Part shown: piece after piece, positions 1 through 11,493 of the stretch
Layout: each line of letters begins with the position of its first letter
Numbering within the stretch: position 1 is the stretch's first letter
Assembly: GCA_002269645.1 (NCBI GenBank)
Contig: NIVC01004330.1
Coordinates: forward strand, 1-50,271
Length of the DNA stretch: 50,271 bases
Source of the DNA: Macrostomum lignano
Lineage: Eukaryota
Direction: 5' to 3'
Position numbers and translations under genes: made by a program
The notes under the pieces: generated by a model
The model's database searches: none
The model's input: the letters and a program-made list of their open reading frames with translations, nothing else
What the model was told of the DNA's origin: nothing

Positions 1-624
1 CATTTAACTTGATGCCCTATTTGTGCGGCCAACCTGAACTTAATCTCCGCTCCGCCGCCATCGGTTGCTCCGTATGCTGCTCCCAGCTTCCCCTCCACGA
101 ACACGAGGTCGGTGCGACTTTCGCTGTTGCGGTCTGCCATGGGTTTTGCGTGCTCAGGTCGGAGATTCAGAAATTAGCAGCTCAGCAGTTGTAGTTAGAG
201 ATTGCGGGACCACGCGCACACGCAGTGCTACCTGAGACAGTCTGGACTTTTTGGCGTTGGTTTTATGATTTTATTAGAAAAGTTTTTTGCTATGGTCGGC
301 AGTCTTATCGGACCTTTACTACTGCAGGCTGATACGATTCTCGTAAAAAAGTATTGAGTACGCTTCTAGGTCGTATTCGAGTTGTTTATTTTCAGAACCC
401 TCTTCGCGACAGTGCCTAAAATATTGATTCAGGTCTACATGTAGTGACAGAACTTGGTTCTCTATCTCAATCTACGAGTATTTCTACAGCAGGGATTCGT
501 CTGACAACATTTAATTAGAGCACTCTTCTGACGATACTGATATGGGAATCAGTAATATGGTGATATTTAATACAGAGCTTCATTTGGTTGTAAATTCGGC
601 TGAAATGAGTGGGTCAGTGAGCCA

Positions 625-1900
625 TGCACCGTCAGATCTGGGTATGACCTAAACTTCCAGCTCCCCTCCACTGCCAACCGCGCACGGGGTGCCCAAGTAC
701 CCAGACTGTTTTCTATTACTGCAATTAGAATTACAGCCAGAGTTACCTGTCAAAATAAATACCCAATGTTGCAGTTGGAGAAGCCGGACAAGATTCCCAT
801 GGAGACATTTTAGACTTAGTCATATACTCGTATGTATACCCAGAGATTTATCCCCAGATCTGCTGACGTCACATCCTTTCATCGTCCACATCGCCGTCCT
901 CCCCATGGACGAGAGACATCAACGATTGCGACTGTGTTCGGACCGAGGCCCGAGAACGTACTTTTCACGATTAACGACGTCTTCAGCAGTCTCACCAAGG
1001 AGACGTTCCACGGCGTCCACTATGAAGAGATCCTGCCCTGTCCCAAGTGCTTGAATTCTCCTGTACTTATCGCTGGCACTCTCACGGTCCTACAGTGGCG
1101 GGCCCAGCAAACCGCTGTGTGCCTGCTGATCCAGGCCAGAGGCCTGAGCTTCAACCATATGCAGGGCGCCGAGGGCGAAAAATGCCTGCAGGCTGACACG
1201 CTCGCCCGCTCGGGATTGGCGCAGCAGCTGCTGCTGAAGCAGCTGAGCAGCTTAGAAGACTGAGAACTAACAGGAAGGAGTTCAGCTTTGCGTCACTTGT
1301 CCTGTTGGTTTGTATTATTTGCATTGAACTAAACATTTTGCGACTTTTGAGTAAACTTCTTGGCCTGATGGTGGCTGACGGAGTGGTTCGAGGTTGCATC
1401 TTCACAGTGTGGAAAATCCTGGAATATATGTGAGCCTTCAAGCAGACAAAGCCACTCTTAGAAGACTTGACTGTCAAACTAACTTGGTAGTTAAATAATA
1501 GAAAGAATTTGCTTTAAAAGAGCTGCTTACAATTCATATCCACGTGAGCTGCATTTTACAGGTGACGCGAAAATAAAATAATTATTTCTGGAATTTCGCA
1601 TCAGAAACTTTGCTTACTCTGGAATTTGCAGCTGAAGAGTTCGGTCCTGTCCTTAGGTGCTGTGGCTGTGACAAGCTGCTGTAGCTCTGCCCGGAGCACC
1701 AAAGAGCCGGAAACGGCCGGGTGACGGTGCTGCCTGCCGGGTCGATGGGTGGCCGGACCGCGAACTCGATTTCCGAGGGCGACCGGCTCTTCGCACGGTC
1801 GGCGCGGGAAACCCTGGCCTCAGACAGGTCGAGCATGGACGGGGCAAAGTACAAGGAGTACCTCGAGGAGCAGGAGAGCTGCATCCTGGCAGCGCGGTTG
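625..1900 (+). pseudogene. Degenerate, internally deleted remnant of a ROCO paralog (Roc, COR and C-terminal fragments)
   Basis: Four fragments match the minus-strand ROCO gene at 39.5-44.4 kb in the same order. ~645 LNFQLPSTANRARGA vs LNFWLSSIASHAPNA; ~775 EKPDKIPMETF; 880-1060 HIAV..MDER..IATVFGPRPENVLF.INDVF..L.KETFHGVHYEEILPCP.CLNS with a 1-bp deletion frameshift; ~1110-1200 CLLIQARGLSFNHMQG vs CSLLQASGIRLNCLEG; ~1680-1880 L*LCPEHQRAGNGRVTVLP...KYKEYLEEQE with TAG replacing TGG. Confidence 0.85.
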
Positions 1901-3174
1901 GCGGGCCAGCAGAGCCGGAGGTCCTCACGGCCTGTCAGGTGTCGATGATGAAGACCCGCAACAAAGTCTGCAGCTTGCAGGAGTGACTGCTTCCTGGTTC
2001 TGATTCTTCTGCTTTTCCACAGACTTTAACATAACTGACTTTTTCGCTGTTTTTAATGCACGCAGCGAGCCTTGTGAACCAGGTAGGAACAAAAGTCGCT
2101 TGACTTATCATTAATGTTCTCTAGTTTGCAGAGTGCACGAAATGAGATTCTAAACAATTTCTTCGATTCCAAAATAATGAAATTTAACTTGCATAGGAGC
2201 GTCATGCGTTGAATAGCAGTTTTTTTATCTAAACAGAAGCGAGTTAATTTTTCCGTTTTTTAACCATTGGATAAGCCATTGCTATTTTGCAGATTTATAT
2301 AGCTTGTGTTCAATTTTCTCCGACAAGCATAACATATTTTTATCGTTTTATCAAACGGTAAAAAATTAATTAAAACGCTATAATTTTAGCAATAGTTTTA
2401 GCTTTAGTGTGTTACTACTACTAGCAAAATTCCATATGAGGCTTCAAGACTCTGCAATGTCAATCCGTGAATTGCGTGCAATGCGCAACAGCCTTCTAAA
2501 CCACTGGCGCGGCGCGTGGACTCACTCCTCCAGCAAGTCTCCACCTTTGTTCACCTGGCAGGCAGCTTGCAGCCTCTGTCGCCCCATGGAGACTCAGCAA
2601 GCCGCTTTGTCACGCCAGAGAAGCATCGGCAAGAAATTTCCATACCATGAGAACCTTTATAAATGTTTCATAAGCAACTCGAGCCAAAGCCTAAGTTGCA
2701 TGATTGGCCCAAGCGTTTTAATAATTGAAAGCCTGTCGCTCCACAGCTGAAGTCCCGCAGCGGTTAGCTTTGCAGAAGCGGGACCCTGGCCTATGGGTGC
2801 CATTCTATGGCGATGTCTTTCGCTGTTCTCTCATTGTTATTATTTTTAATACGCTCATCATTAAGGGCGAAGCAGGAGTAAGTGGCAGCTGCAAAATGAT
2901 TGAGGATGCCTAATTTAGAAAATTCTGCAAGGAGAAAACTTTTCTGCCTCGGAGAGCCTGGGAGGACACAAGCAGCAGTTTCTCACGCAAAAGAATGCCA
3001 AGCAGGAACCGCGGACAAATTAGCTTCCAGGAACGCAGCGGCATCTCAAACTGGGGAGAGAATTCGCCGTACAGCGTCTAAGCAACAGCAAAACCGGTAA
3101 AACCCCGCCAAATCTGCTTCGGCAGAATGCAATTTCTTTTGCCCAGCCTCATTATCCGCAAGCTAAAGCTCTCG

Positions 3175-3927
3175 ATGCCAGAAGGAGTTCAGCTATCGAT
3201 TCGAATCTTGGCTACCTTGGCCTTGTTGGTGGCGGCTCAGGGCAGCCAGCAGTGCCCTGTGGCCTTCTCAGAGGTCAAGGACGGCTCCCTCTGCATCCGC
3301 AGCGCCTTCACCCGCAACCTGAGCGGCATCACCTCGGACCTGCCGTGCTCTCTGCATTGCGGCTCCGATCAGCGCTGCCAGGCCTTCACCACCGCCGACG
3401 GTCTGTGCCAGCTGTTCGTGTTCGACAAGTGCAGCAAGTTGGTGAGGGACTGCGGCTGCTCCAGGAGAGGCCGCCTGTTCGTGAAGCGGCAGCCGGGACT
3501 CTCGGCGGGCTCGCTGTGTCCTCCCGGCTACGGCGACGAGCTGTGCGGAGTGAAGTACCGGGTGCTGAAGAACAACGCAACTTGGGCGGTTCAGAGAGGA
3601 AGGTGCGAGTCGGAGCCGGGCCTGGTGATCATGGCCGATGTCGCTGACGCAGCTGAGCTGAGCCACGTGAATGCCCTGTTTGTCGCTCACTCCCCCACCT
3701 ATCCCATGTACCTGGGCGGCTACCGGGTGTTTCCGGGAGCCCAGGAGGCAGACGGCTGGTTTTGGGTCGGCTGCAACATCACGATCGGCTCTGTGTGGGG
3801 AACTGGTGAACCGAGTGGATTTAGCGAAATGGCCACCGCTCGACACATGACCATAGTGGACGTAGTGGACATCACCGATATGGGTCTCTTTGGCGCCCTT
3901 TGTGAATGCGTATCGCCCTTCGATTAA
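3175..3927 (+). CDS. Secreted PAN/Apple-like + C-type lectin-like domain protein (intronless, ~250 aa from Met at 3175)
   Basis: Hydrophobic leader ILATLALLVAAQG. PAN-like CSLHCGSDQRCQAFT..DGLCQLF. CTLD-like CPPGY...ATWAVQRGRCE...MYLGG...WFWV...WGTGEPSG...ALCEC. Uninterrupted ORF with GC3-rich codons. Confidence 0.7.
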   Translation: MPEGVQLSIRILATLALLVAAQGSQQCPVAFSEVKDGSLCIRSAFTRNLSGITSDLPCSLHCGSDQRCQAFTTADGLCQLFVFDKCSKLVRDCGCSRRGRLFVKRQPGLSAGSLCPPGYGDELCGVKYRVLKNNATWAVQRGRCESEPGLVIMADVADAAELSHVNALFVAHSPTYPMYLGGYRVFPGAQEADGWFWVGCNITIGSVWGTGEPSGFSEMATARHMTIVDVVDITDMGLFGALCECVSPFD

Positions 3928-4309
3928 CTATACCGGTCTGTGATGGACAGTTTTCAAGCTATTTGGATCCAAAGACTTCTTAAGTGACCCTGTCAGCTTC
4001 ATTATCATGAACTCAAATACTCAAATGGGCCCGAAGTGCCTGATGGGCCTGAGGATACTTTAATACAGGCTTGCAGTTTCCTTTGTTTTGAACTGTCCGG
4101 GCGGGCAGCACGAAAGAGTTCTGATTCAAAGCGTTATTTATTTCTAACCAGGAGCGCCTGCTTTCCATAAAAAACTTTTATTAATTCAGCATCAGTTTAC
4201 TGATACTGAAGTAGTTCAGCGAAGTCAATTTTCCCTTGGTAACCTTGTCATATCCCGTATGTTAAAGTCAGAAGCATATTCGATTGGTAGTATGGTCAGA
4301 GTGATAACA

Positions 4310-5570
4310 TTGTAGGAAAGTGCAGTGGCATGATGGGACTGCAGGACAGTGCAGTGGATTCAGGACAGTGCAGTGGATTCAGGACAGTGCAGTGGATGCA
4401 GGACAGTGCAGTGGATGAAGGACAGTGCAGTGGATTCAAGACAGTGCAGTGGATGCAGGACAGTGCAGTGGATGAAGGACAGTGCAGTGGATTCAGGACA
4501 GTGCAGTGGATTCAGGACAATGCAGGGGATTCAGGACAGTGCAGTGGATGAAGGACAGTGCAGTGGATTCAGGACAGTGCAGTGGATTCAGGACAATGCA
4601 GGGGATTCAGGACAGTGCAGTGGATGAAGGACAGTGCAGTGGATTCAAGACAGTGCAGTGGATTCAGACAGTGCAGTGCATGCAGGACAGTGCAGTGGAT
4701 GCAGGACAGTGCAGTGGATGCAGGACAGTGCAGTGGATGAAGGAGAAGGACAGTGCAGTGGATTCAAGACAGTGCAGTGGATTCAGACAGTGCAATGGAT
4801 TCAGGACAGTGCAATGGATTCAGGACAGTGCAGTGGATTCAGGACAGTGCAGTGGATTCAGGACAGTGCAGTGGATTCAGGACAGTGCAGTGGATTCAGG
4901 ACAGTGCAGTGGATTCAGACAGTGCAATGGATTCAGGACAGTGCAGTGGATGAAGGACAGTGCAGTGGATTCAGGACAGTGCAGTGGATTCAGGACAATG
5001 CAGGGGATTCAGGACAGTGCAGTGGATGAAGGACAGTGCAGTGGATTCAAGACAGTGCAGTGGATTCAGACAGTGCAGTGGATGCAGGACAGTGCAGTGG
5101 ATGCAGGACAGTGCAGTGGATGCAGGACAGTGCAGTGGATTCAGGACAGTGCAGTGGATTCAGACAGTGCAGTGGATTCAGACAGTGCAATGGATTCAGG
5201 ACAGTGCAATGGATTCAGGACAGTGCAGTGGATTCAGGACAGTGCAGTGGATTCAGGACAGTGCAGTGGATTCAGGACAGTGCAGTGGATTCAGGACACT
5301 GCAGTGGATTCAGGACACTGCAGTGGATTCAGGACAGTGCAGTGGATTCAGACAGTTCAGTGGATTCAGGACAGTGCAGTGGATTCAGGACAGTGCAGTG
5401 GATTCAGACAGTGCAGTGGATTCAGACAGTGCAGTGGATTCAGGACAGTGCAGTGGATTCAGGACAGTGCAGTGGATTCAGACAGTGCAGTGGATTCAGA
5501 CAGTGCAGTGGATTCAGGACAGTGCAGTGGATTCAGACAGTGCAGTGGATTCAGACAGTGCAGTGGATTC
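4310..5570. repeat. Minisatellite, ~19-bp unit CAGGACAGTGCAGTGGATT with 18-bp and GATG/GATGAA variants
   Basis: Directly visible tandem array. Variant units such as CAATGCAGGGG recur near 4519, 4595 and 4998. Confidence 0.97.
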
Positions 5571-6335
5571 AAGTAATGCTTCAGAATAAAAGGTTTTTAC
5601 GAGCTAGTTTCGGAATTCATTCTCATGGCTCCGATATTTGCCTTTTTACAGAGGCACTGGAGAAAGTGGTTTGCTTGCTGACACCCTCTGCTTGAAGCAG
5701 GCTATTAGCTTCAGTTTGCACCCATAAACCCACCTGCAGCGACAGCGGCTGCTCTCAGCAGCTGCACGCACCCACTTCAAACACCGGTGGAGCGAGAGGC
5801 AGCTGTCGTCAAACTGAAAGCTAAATGGACGGTTTGAGGGCTCTCGGTTTCTCATTGCCCCCTCCACAGGCTCCACCTCTCGATTACAGCTGAAGCTTCA
5901 TCAAACACCTCACAGTCCCGCAGCTGGTGTCACCAACCCATCAGAACAGCTGGCAAAACTCTGACTGGGAACTCGATAATTGCCCAAGAAATATTTTTGC
6001 TAAAACGTTTTCTCAAAATTTTATATTGCTTTGCCAGTTTCGTGTCGCTTACCAATAGAGTAATTGTGCATTGAGATTCAATCTGAAGCTGGCTTGATAT
6101 TGATATATTAAGGGAATCCCGGCACTGCTACAAAAAATTAAACAAAGTCTGTTGGATTTTTTTATTTAAGCGGTTACAAGTATTCCGATTTTTTAAAGAA
6201 ATTCAATAAAATTCGAATATGATGCTTTAAGCAGCAATATTCGCACATATAACTTTTCTATGAAAAGTACTTTCATATAGGGTAAGATGATGAGAAGAAT
6301 TAAAACGATTTAGCAGTACTTGTCCGAAAAAGCAC

Positions 6336-8461
6336 TCAGGTCATGATCAGTTTCTGCAAAGCCCAAGCCAGGAAAATCAGGCCGAATAGCGGGTGCCAGC
6401 TAGAGGCGCGCGTGGCACTGCGGGCTGAAGACTTCAGCATCTGTGGCAGCAACTCGCCGGACCCATTGTTTGGCTGCGGCCGGATCTGCAGCAGGTGGCA
6501 CATCAGACCGTAGATGTCCACCTGACGGAAGCTACCGTCGTTTACGCCGTTTAGCTCGACGCCTTGACGGAAACTGGGCCCAACGGCGAACATCGGCACC
6601 CGCATGTCGCTGTAGCTGTTGTCGAAGCCGTGGTGACCGGAACTTACTGGCTTCGTATCCTTGCTGGTCAGCACCAGGTAGCCCTGGTCGGGCAGCACGA
6701 GCACCTCGGGCGTCCTGCGGTTTTTGGCGTAGTGGAGTCGCTCCGGCAGACTGTCCTTGTCGAACACGCGCATGGAAAGGTTGCGCTGGCGCACCTGGTT
6801 GTTGAGGTACTCCACCAGCTGCTTCCGCTTACCCGGCTTGGCATTCATGGCCAGCAGCGGTCCGCTGTCCAGGACTCGGTCTACGAGCTCGTCCATGCTG
6901 CTGTTCAGGCGGATCACCTTGTCAGGCGTCATGCCCATCATGCCTGAAATGATGCAAATGTCGGTTCTATTCTGCATATGTATCAAATGGTGCAGTGCTT
7001 ACATTGATGGAAAATCTGGGTGAAACACATGTGGATCGTTGTGCCAATACAATGTATTAAAATATGCCTGACTGGCCCTCTTAAGTCCCGACAGTACTGG
7101 GATCGCAACTCCCTACAGTTTTCAGTTGCTGCCCCTGTCACAGCAATGAATATTGAGTGTACAGCCAGGGACATTTGGCTGGCGTGGCGACCCTACAGAA
7201 TACTCGCTTGGATAGCTGAGAATGGATTCCTTCCACTATGGATGGCAGTTTGAACTGCGTTAAAAACAGAAAATTGTACTCTGCGCCCAGCCCCTGCTGC
7301 AGCGGGAATCTCAGATAGCGGACTACTGATAAGGCTAACGAATTTTGACAGTTTCGTCAATTCTTGCCTGCAACTGCTGGTCAATGGCAAGCCTCAGCTA
7401 ACCGGCTCAGATAAAATGCACAGCCAAACAGCTCAGCTCCTGTGCTGAGAGAAAGCCCAGTCAGCGGCCAGAAGTGAACGGAAGTCAGGAAAAAAGACAT
7501 ACTAAATCACAGAGCTGTTACCTGTGCTTCCCGCGTTTTGCTCATTCTTTTCTGCGACACATAAAAATCTTGTTTCTCTCTCTTTGCTGTATCTTGGAAG
7601 TTGGTTTTAGATTAAAAAATCTGGTCCGAGATAAGTTTTCGATTTGAAGGTTCGCACACTAGAAATGAAACTGTTACAAAGAAAACTCAAGCAATTAATA
7701 TACAGCTTAATCATTCAGGCTTCCTCCTTTTAGGCAAAACTAAGAATGTCCTCACCGTGGTCTGATACAATCAGGACATTGACTTTATCTGAGAATTTCT
7801 TCGCCTTCAGTCCTTCGAATAGCGAGCGGATGGTGTCGTCAACTTTCTTTAAAACTTTCCTCATTTCTTGAGACTCAGGACCGAAATCATGTCCGGTGCC
7901 GTCGGGCTCATGTAGGTACATTGTGGCCATCTGCACGTCCTTCTCGGTGATCCACTCCAGCACGGTGCTCACCCGGGTCTCAAAGCTCACACTTCCGCTG
8001 TAGTTGAACCAGTAGTCCTGACGAACACCCTTGAACGAGACCTCGCTGCCGGGCCAGAAGAACGTGGCCGACTTCAGTCCCTGCTTCTTCGCGTTGATCC
8101 AGATCGGCTCGGATGCGTTCCACCAGCGCTCATCTCGAGTGCCCTTGTTGAAGGAGGCGTTGAACAGCGGGTCGTACATGCTGTTGCCGACGATGCCGTG
8201 GCTCTCCTGGTAGAGTCCCGTGGCGATGGTCCAGTGGTTGGGGAAGGTCTTTGTGGCAAAGGCCGGCTTCATGGACTTGACGTGCACGCCCTGCTTGATG
8301 AGCGACCTCAGGAACTGCGTCTCGTTGGGGTACCAGTTGAGGTAGTCGTAGCGGAAGCCGTCGCAGGAGACCAGGACCAGCGGGTATCGGGCTGGGCTGG
8401 CCGCCGATGCGCAGGCGGCGGCGCAGAGCAGAGCGAGAGCGGCGAGGCCAATCGACTGCAT
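6336..8461 (-). CDS. ENPP4/5/6/7-type ectonucleotide pyrophosphatase/phosphodiesterase, copy A; exons 8461-7756 and 6943-6336 (~437 aa)
   Basis: Signal peptide MQSIGLAALALLCAAACASA. Alkaline-phosphatase-superfamily motifs VSCDGFR, TKTFPNH (catalytic Thr), EPDGTGH, SDHG|M split by a phase-1 GT-AG intron, GHHGFDN, PMFAVGPSF. Hydrophobic C-terminal tail. Exact ENPP orthology is not assignable. Confidence 0.92.
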
Positions 8462-8515
8462 TTCGAATCCGGCAGAGCAGAAGGGCTGGCTTTGAAATTT
8501 TCTTCGCTCGGTCAG

Positions 8516-8523
8516 CCTTATAT
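8516..8523 (-). promoter_or_regulatory. Candidate TATA box of ENPP copy A
   Basis: ATATAAGG on the minus strand ~55 bp upstream of the ATG. Copy B has TATATAA at the equivalent position (26676-26682). Confidence 0.35.
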
Positions 8524-11493
8524 CAGTGACTCTTCGGAGCCCTGCTAGTGGGCCTTCAATTGGCTGTCTGTAGATACTGGACTGGCTGCCTGGCTGCTAT
8601 GCATAAGTGCATTTGGTTTGCTGTTCTGAGCGAACGAGCTTATTTTTTCTGCGGTCATACCTGGCCACTTCTCGGAAGCTCAATCTGCCTTCAAGAAGAC
8701 CTAGTAAGCTAACAAATACAGCCGTTTTTTCTGCAACCACGTTCTGCAGCTACGGACACTTTAGCTCCGTCGTAATTCTCTCCAAATTTTAACACTGGCC
8801 AAGCTAGTTCGAAAATATTTGCGCTGCACATGTCACTCCTGCAGCGGTTTTTGGCACCCCAGGTCCTCATGCGCAGCTGTAGCATTTCAGCTGAGACGAT
8901 AAACCGCTGCTCAAGAGCAAACATGAAAACATTTTGCCTGCTACCGAGCGAGCTGACATGTTTTAGTATGGCATGCATTTGTACTGAAATTTGCAGTAGA
9001 GATGAACAAGCAGCTTTGTAGCCTCCAAGATGTATGAAATAGTCGGATTTCAGAGTCCGTTTAGTATCAATCGAACTTTTTTCAATACATTAGATGCACT
9101 CAGCAACATGTACTAGTAGAAGTCTAAACTCACATCAAGCTTGCAGTTCTCGATTCAAATGTGGGTAATGCGATTCGCGTCACAAGGCACCAGCTTAGGC
9201 TGCTGAGGAGGGAGTGGAGAGTTATGGCTGGAGTTGGATTAAAGCTGCCAGTTTTCGAAAACTAGTTTCCGGGGTGAAAACATTAACACAAATTCTGATT
9301 GTAAAGTGCGACCTTCCTGGTGATTCCCAAGGCAGGGGGTGGATACTTCTAAAATTCTAAAGCATTCAAAGCCTGCTCGATCGCAGTTCGGGCCAGATTC
9401 CGACAAGACAGTGAATAAATATTATTTGCTTGCCAATACCTAAGAGAAAACGTCATTTTTCTCTGCAGAAAACCGGCTTATTTGCAACGGCCGAGAAGAT
9501 TGCAGAAACTGCTTTGCAGAATGGTAAATACGAGGTACCAGCGCGCGAAGAATTTGACCTTTTTAACCGCCGGCAAACGGGGCTTTTCTGGGTCAGAAAA
9601 AGACGCAGAAGTATCGGGATGCTTTTGCTGTGTTTTCTCGCATCTGAACCGAGCGCCGCTGGGATCTTCTGTGACCACCTTTGCTGTGGAAAAGTGCAAC
9701 TCTTGGGTGAAGGGGAAACCGCTCTGCCCGGCCGCGCTGGTTTGTTGGATTCCAGCTGAGATGGCGCGAGGCACTTCATCTTGTGCGGCCCAGCAGCTGG
9801 ACGTGTCTTGCAATGAATGAAGCGTCCACTCGCGAAAAGATTTTTCGCTTGAAAAATGGCCTTTTAATCACATAGATTGATAAACTGTTGCCCTCGTAAA
9901 TTCCGATTTCCGATATTAGAGAGGTTGATTTATTTGAGGTTCTTCAATATTTAAACCAAGGACCACTAGAAAACATGCAGTCTCAAGTTGTCCTTGATTT
10001 CAACTTCCTGGCTAAGGGCCCGGCAGGAGACCCCGAGAATATGATGTGCACGGTGCTGCATTCCATGCAGTCAGCAAATTTGCAGACAATCCGTTGCTTT
10101 TCACGCAGTTTTCACTACAGAATATTCTAACTTAGCTCCCAGAGCGGGTTCCCAATAACTCTATTCCTGCATTCCCTTGTTTTCTGACTCCGTGAGCTAA
10201 AGTTCAAACTAGCTGAATTCTGTATTTGAGATTTGCAACAAAGCAATGAACTGCAAGCAAGAATTTTGTTAATTTATGCATTTGTAATGTTTGAAAGACA
10301 GGTGGTGTAGTGCACTGTTATGTCTGGTTGTTATGGCTGCGGAATGAAGTCTGGTGGCCCGGCATGGTCTGGCAGGCGCAGGCGGCTCTGTCAAGGCGAC
10401 GCCTGCACCAGAACGCCGGAGGCGGTGACGCGCACGAGACACTCCCAGCCAGCCAACAGCGGATGGCAGACACAGCAGGGGAGGCAGACGTTCAGCAGCC
10501 GTCAGATAATTTCAATCGGCGCTGCGCCAGGAAGCAACCGAAGCTGTGCGACTGGCTTTTGGAAGCCCACCGGCTGTACGGCAACACGTCATCAGAACAC
10601 AATGCCACAGCAACACAGTCGGGCTCTATTAATTGAACAAATTATATTTGCAAAAATGTACTCAAATGTAATCAATGTTTCAGTTTTCTTTATGTTTAAT
10701 CTGCGAAGTTATCGAATTCTAGGCTTTGTACTTTTTTGGTTGGGGGAGAGATGTATTGCACTGTTACGTCGGGTCTCTCCTTTGCTCTCGCTTTTGTGTT
10801 CCCCCACGTGTACGCCCTTGCACTGTTACACAACAGTAGCAACGTTGTGCTCACCAGCTCGTATGTACTCAAAAAATATATGCTTAAATATACGGCCATG
10901 AGAGCCAAACTTCCACGCCCACACAAGCGCAATACAGGTGCTGATCTTTTGTTTTATATGCTTCAAAATGAGTATCTAAAATTTATTTTCAAAACCATAT
11001 TTTAATACAGCGATTGAATTTGAAAATATTCGATCCGATCAGGCCGTAAACACCAGTTAATAAGATTAAAATCACTCGTGCAGCTTCAGCATGCAGCAAG
11101 TTCTAATTGGGATCGCATGGAATTTGGCAACTTGTGGCAACTTTTCGTGTGCAACTATTTTCAGAAATAAATATCAGAAAATTTCAGACAGAGAGAGCGT
11201 TAGTTAAACATTTTTGTTAAGAGGGTTTCTAAACACGAGTAGGAGTAAACGAGTGCAGAGAATCTATTAAATCGGAGAAAATTTCTCAAAATCTTGCTCT
11301 AAATAAAAAATGATCCAGCATTTTTATCAAAAAATTTTATCATAGAAAAGTCTTCGATAAAGAAATGTTAGAGTTCACAAATGAATAAATCGAGAGGATA
11401 AAAGTGATTAAAAATCTATTGTAAGGTGTGGAAGTTTTGAAGTTTTAAATATCCTGTAAATAATTTATGGTAGAACCATCATCCGCTCGGCAT

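Noticed and set aside
4330-5695. Overlapping ORFs of QWIQDSAVDSGQCSGFRTV repeats
   Set aside because: All three frames give the same peptide because the unit is 19 bp; satellite artefact.
9478-9813. Minus-strand 111-aa ORF containing KKVKF (PP1-docking RVxF-like)
   Set aside because: Short motif expected by chance. ORFs are open on both strands, and I found no recognisable domain or splice partners.
10310-10636. GC-rich island with WWPG and FNRR..RKQPKL text, possibly a PWWP or transposase fragment
   Set aside because: No convincing motif series in any frame; left uncalled pending a database search.
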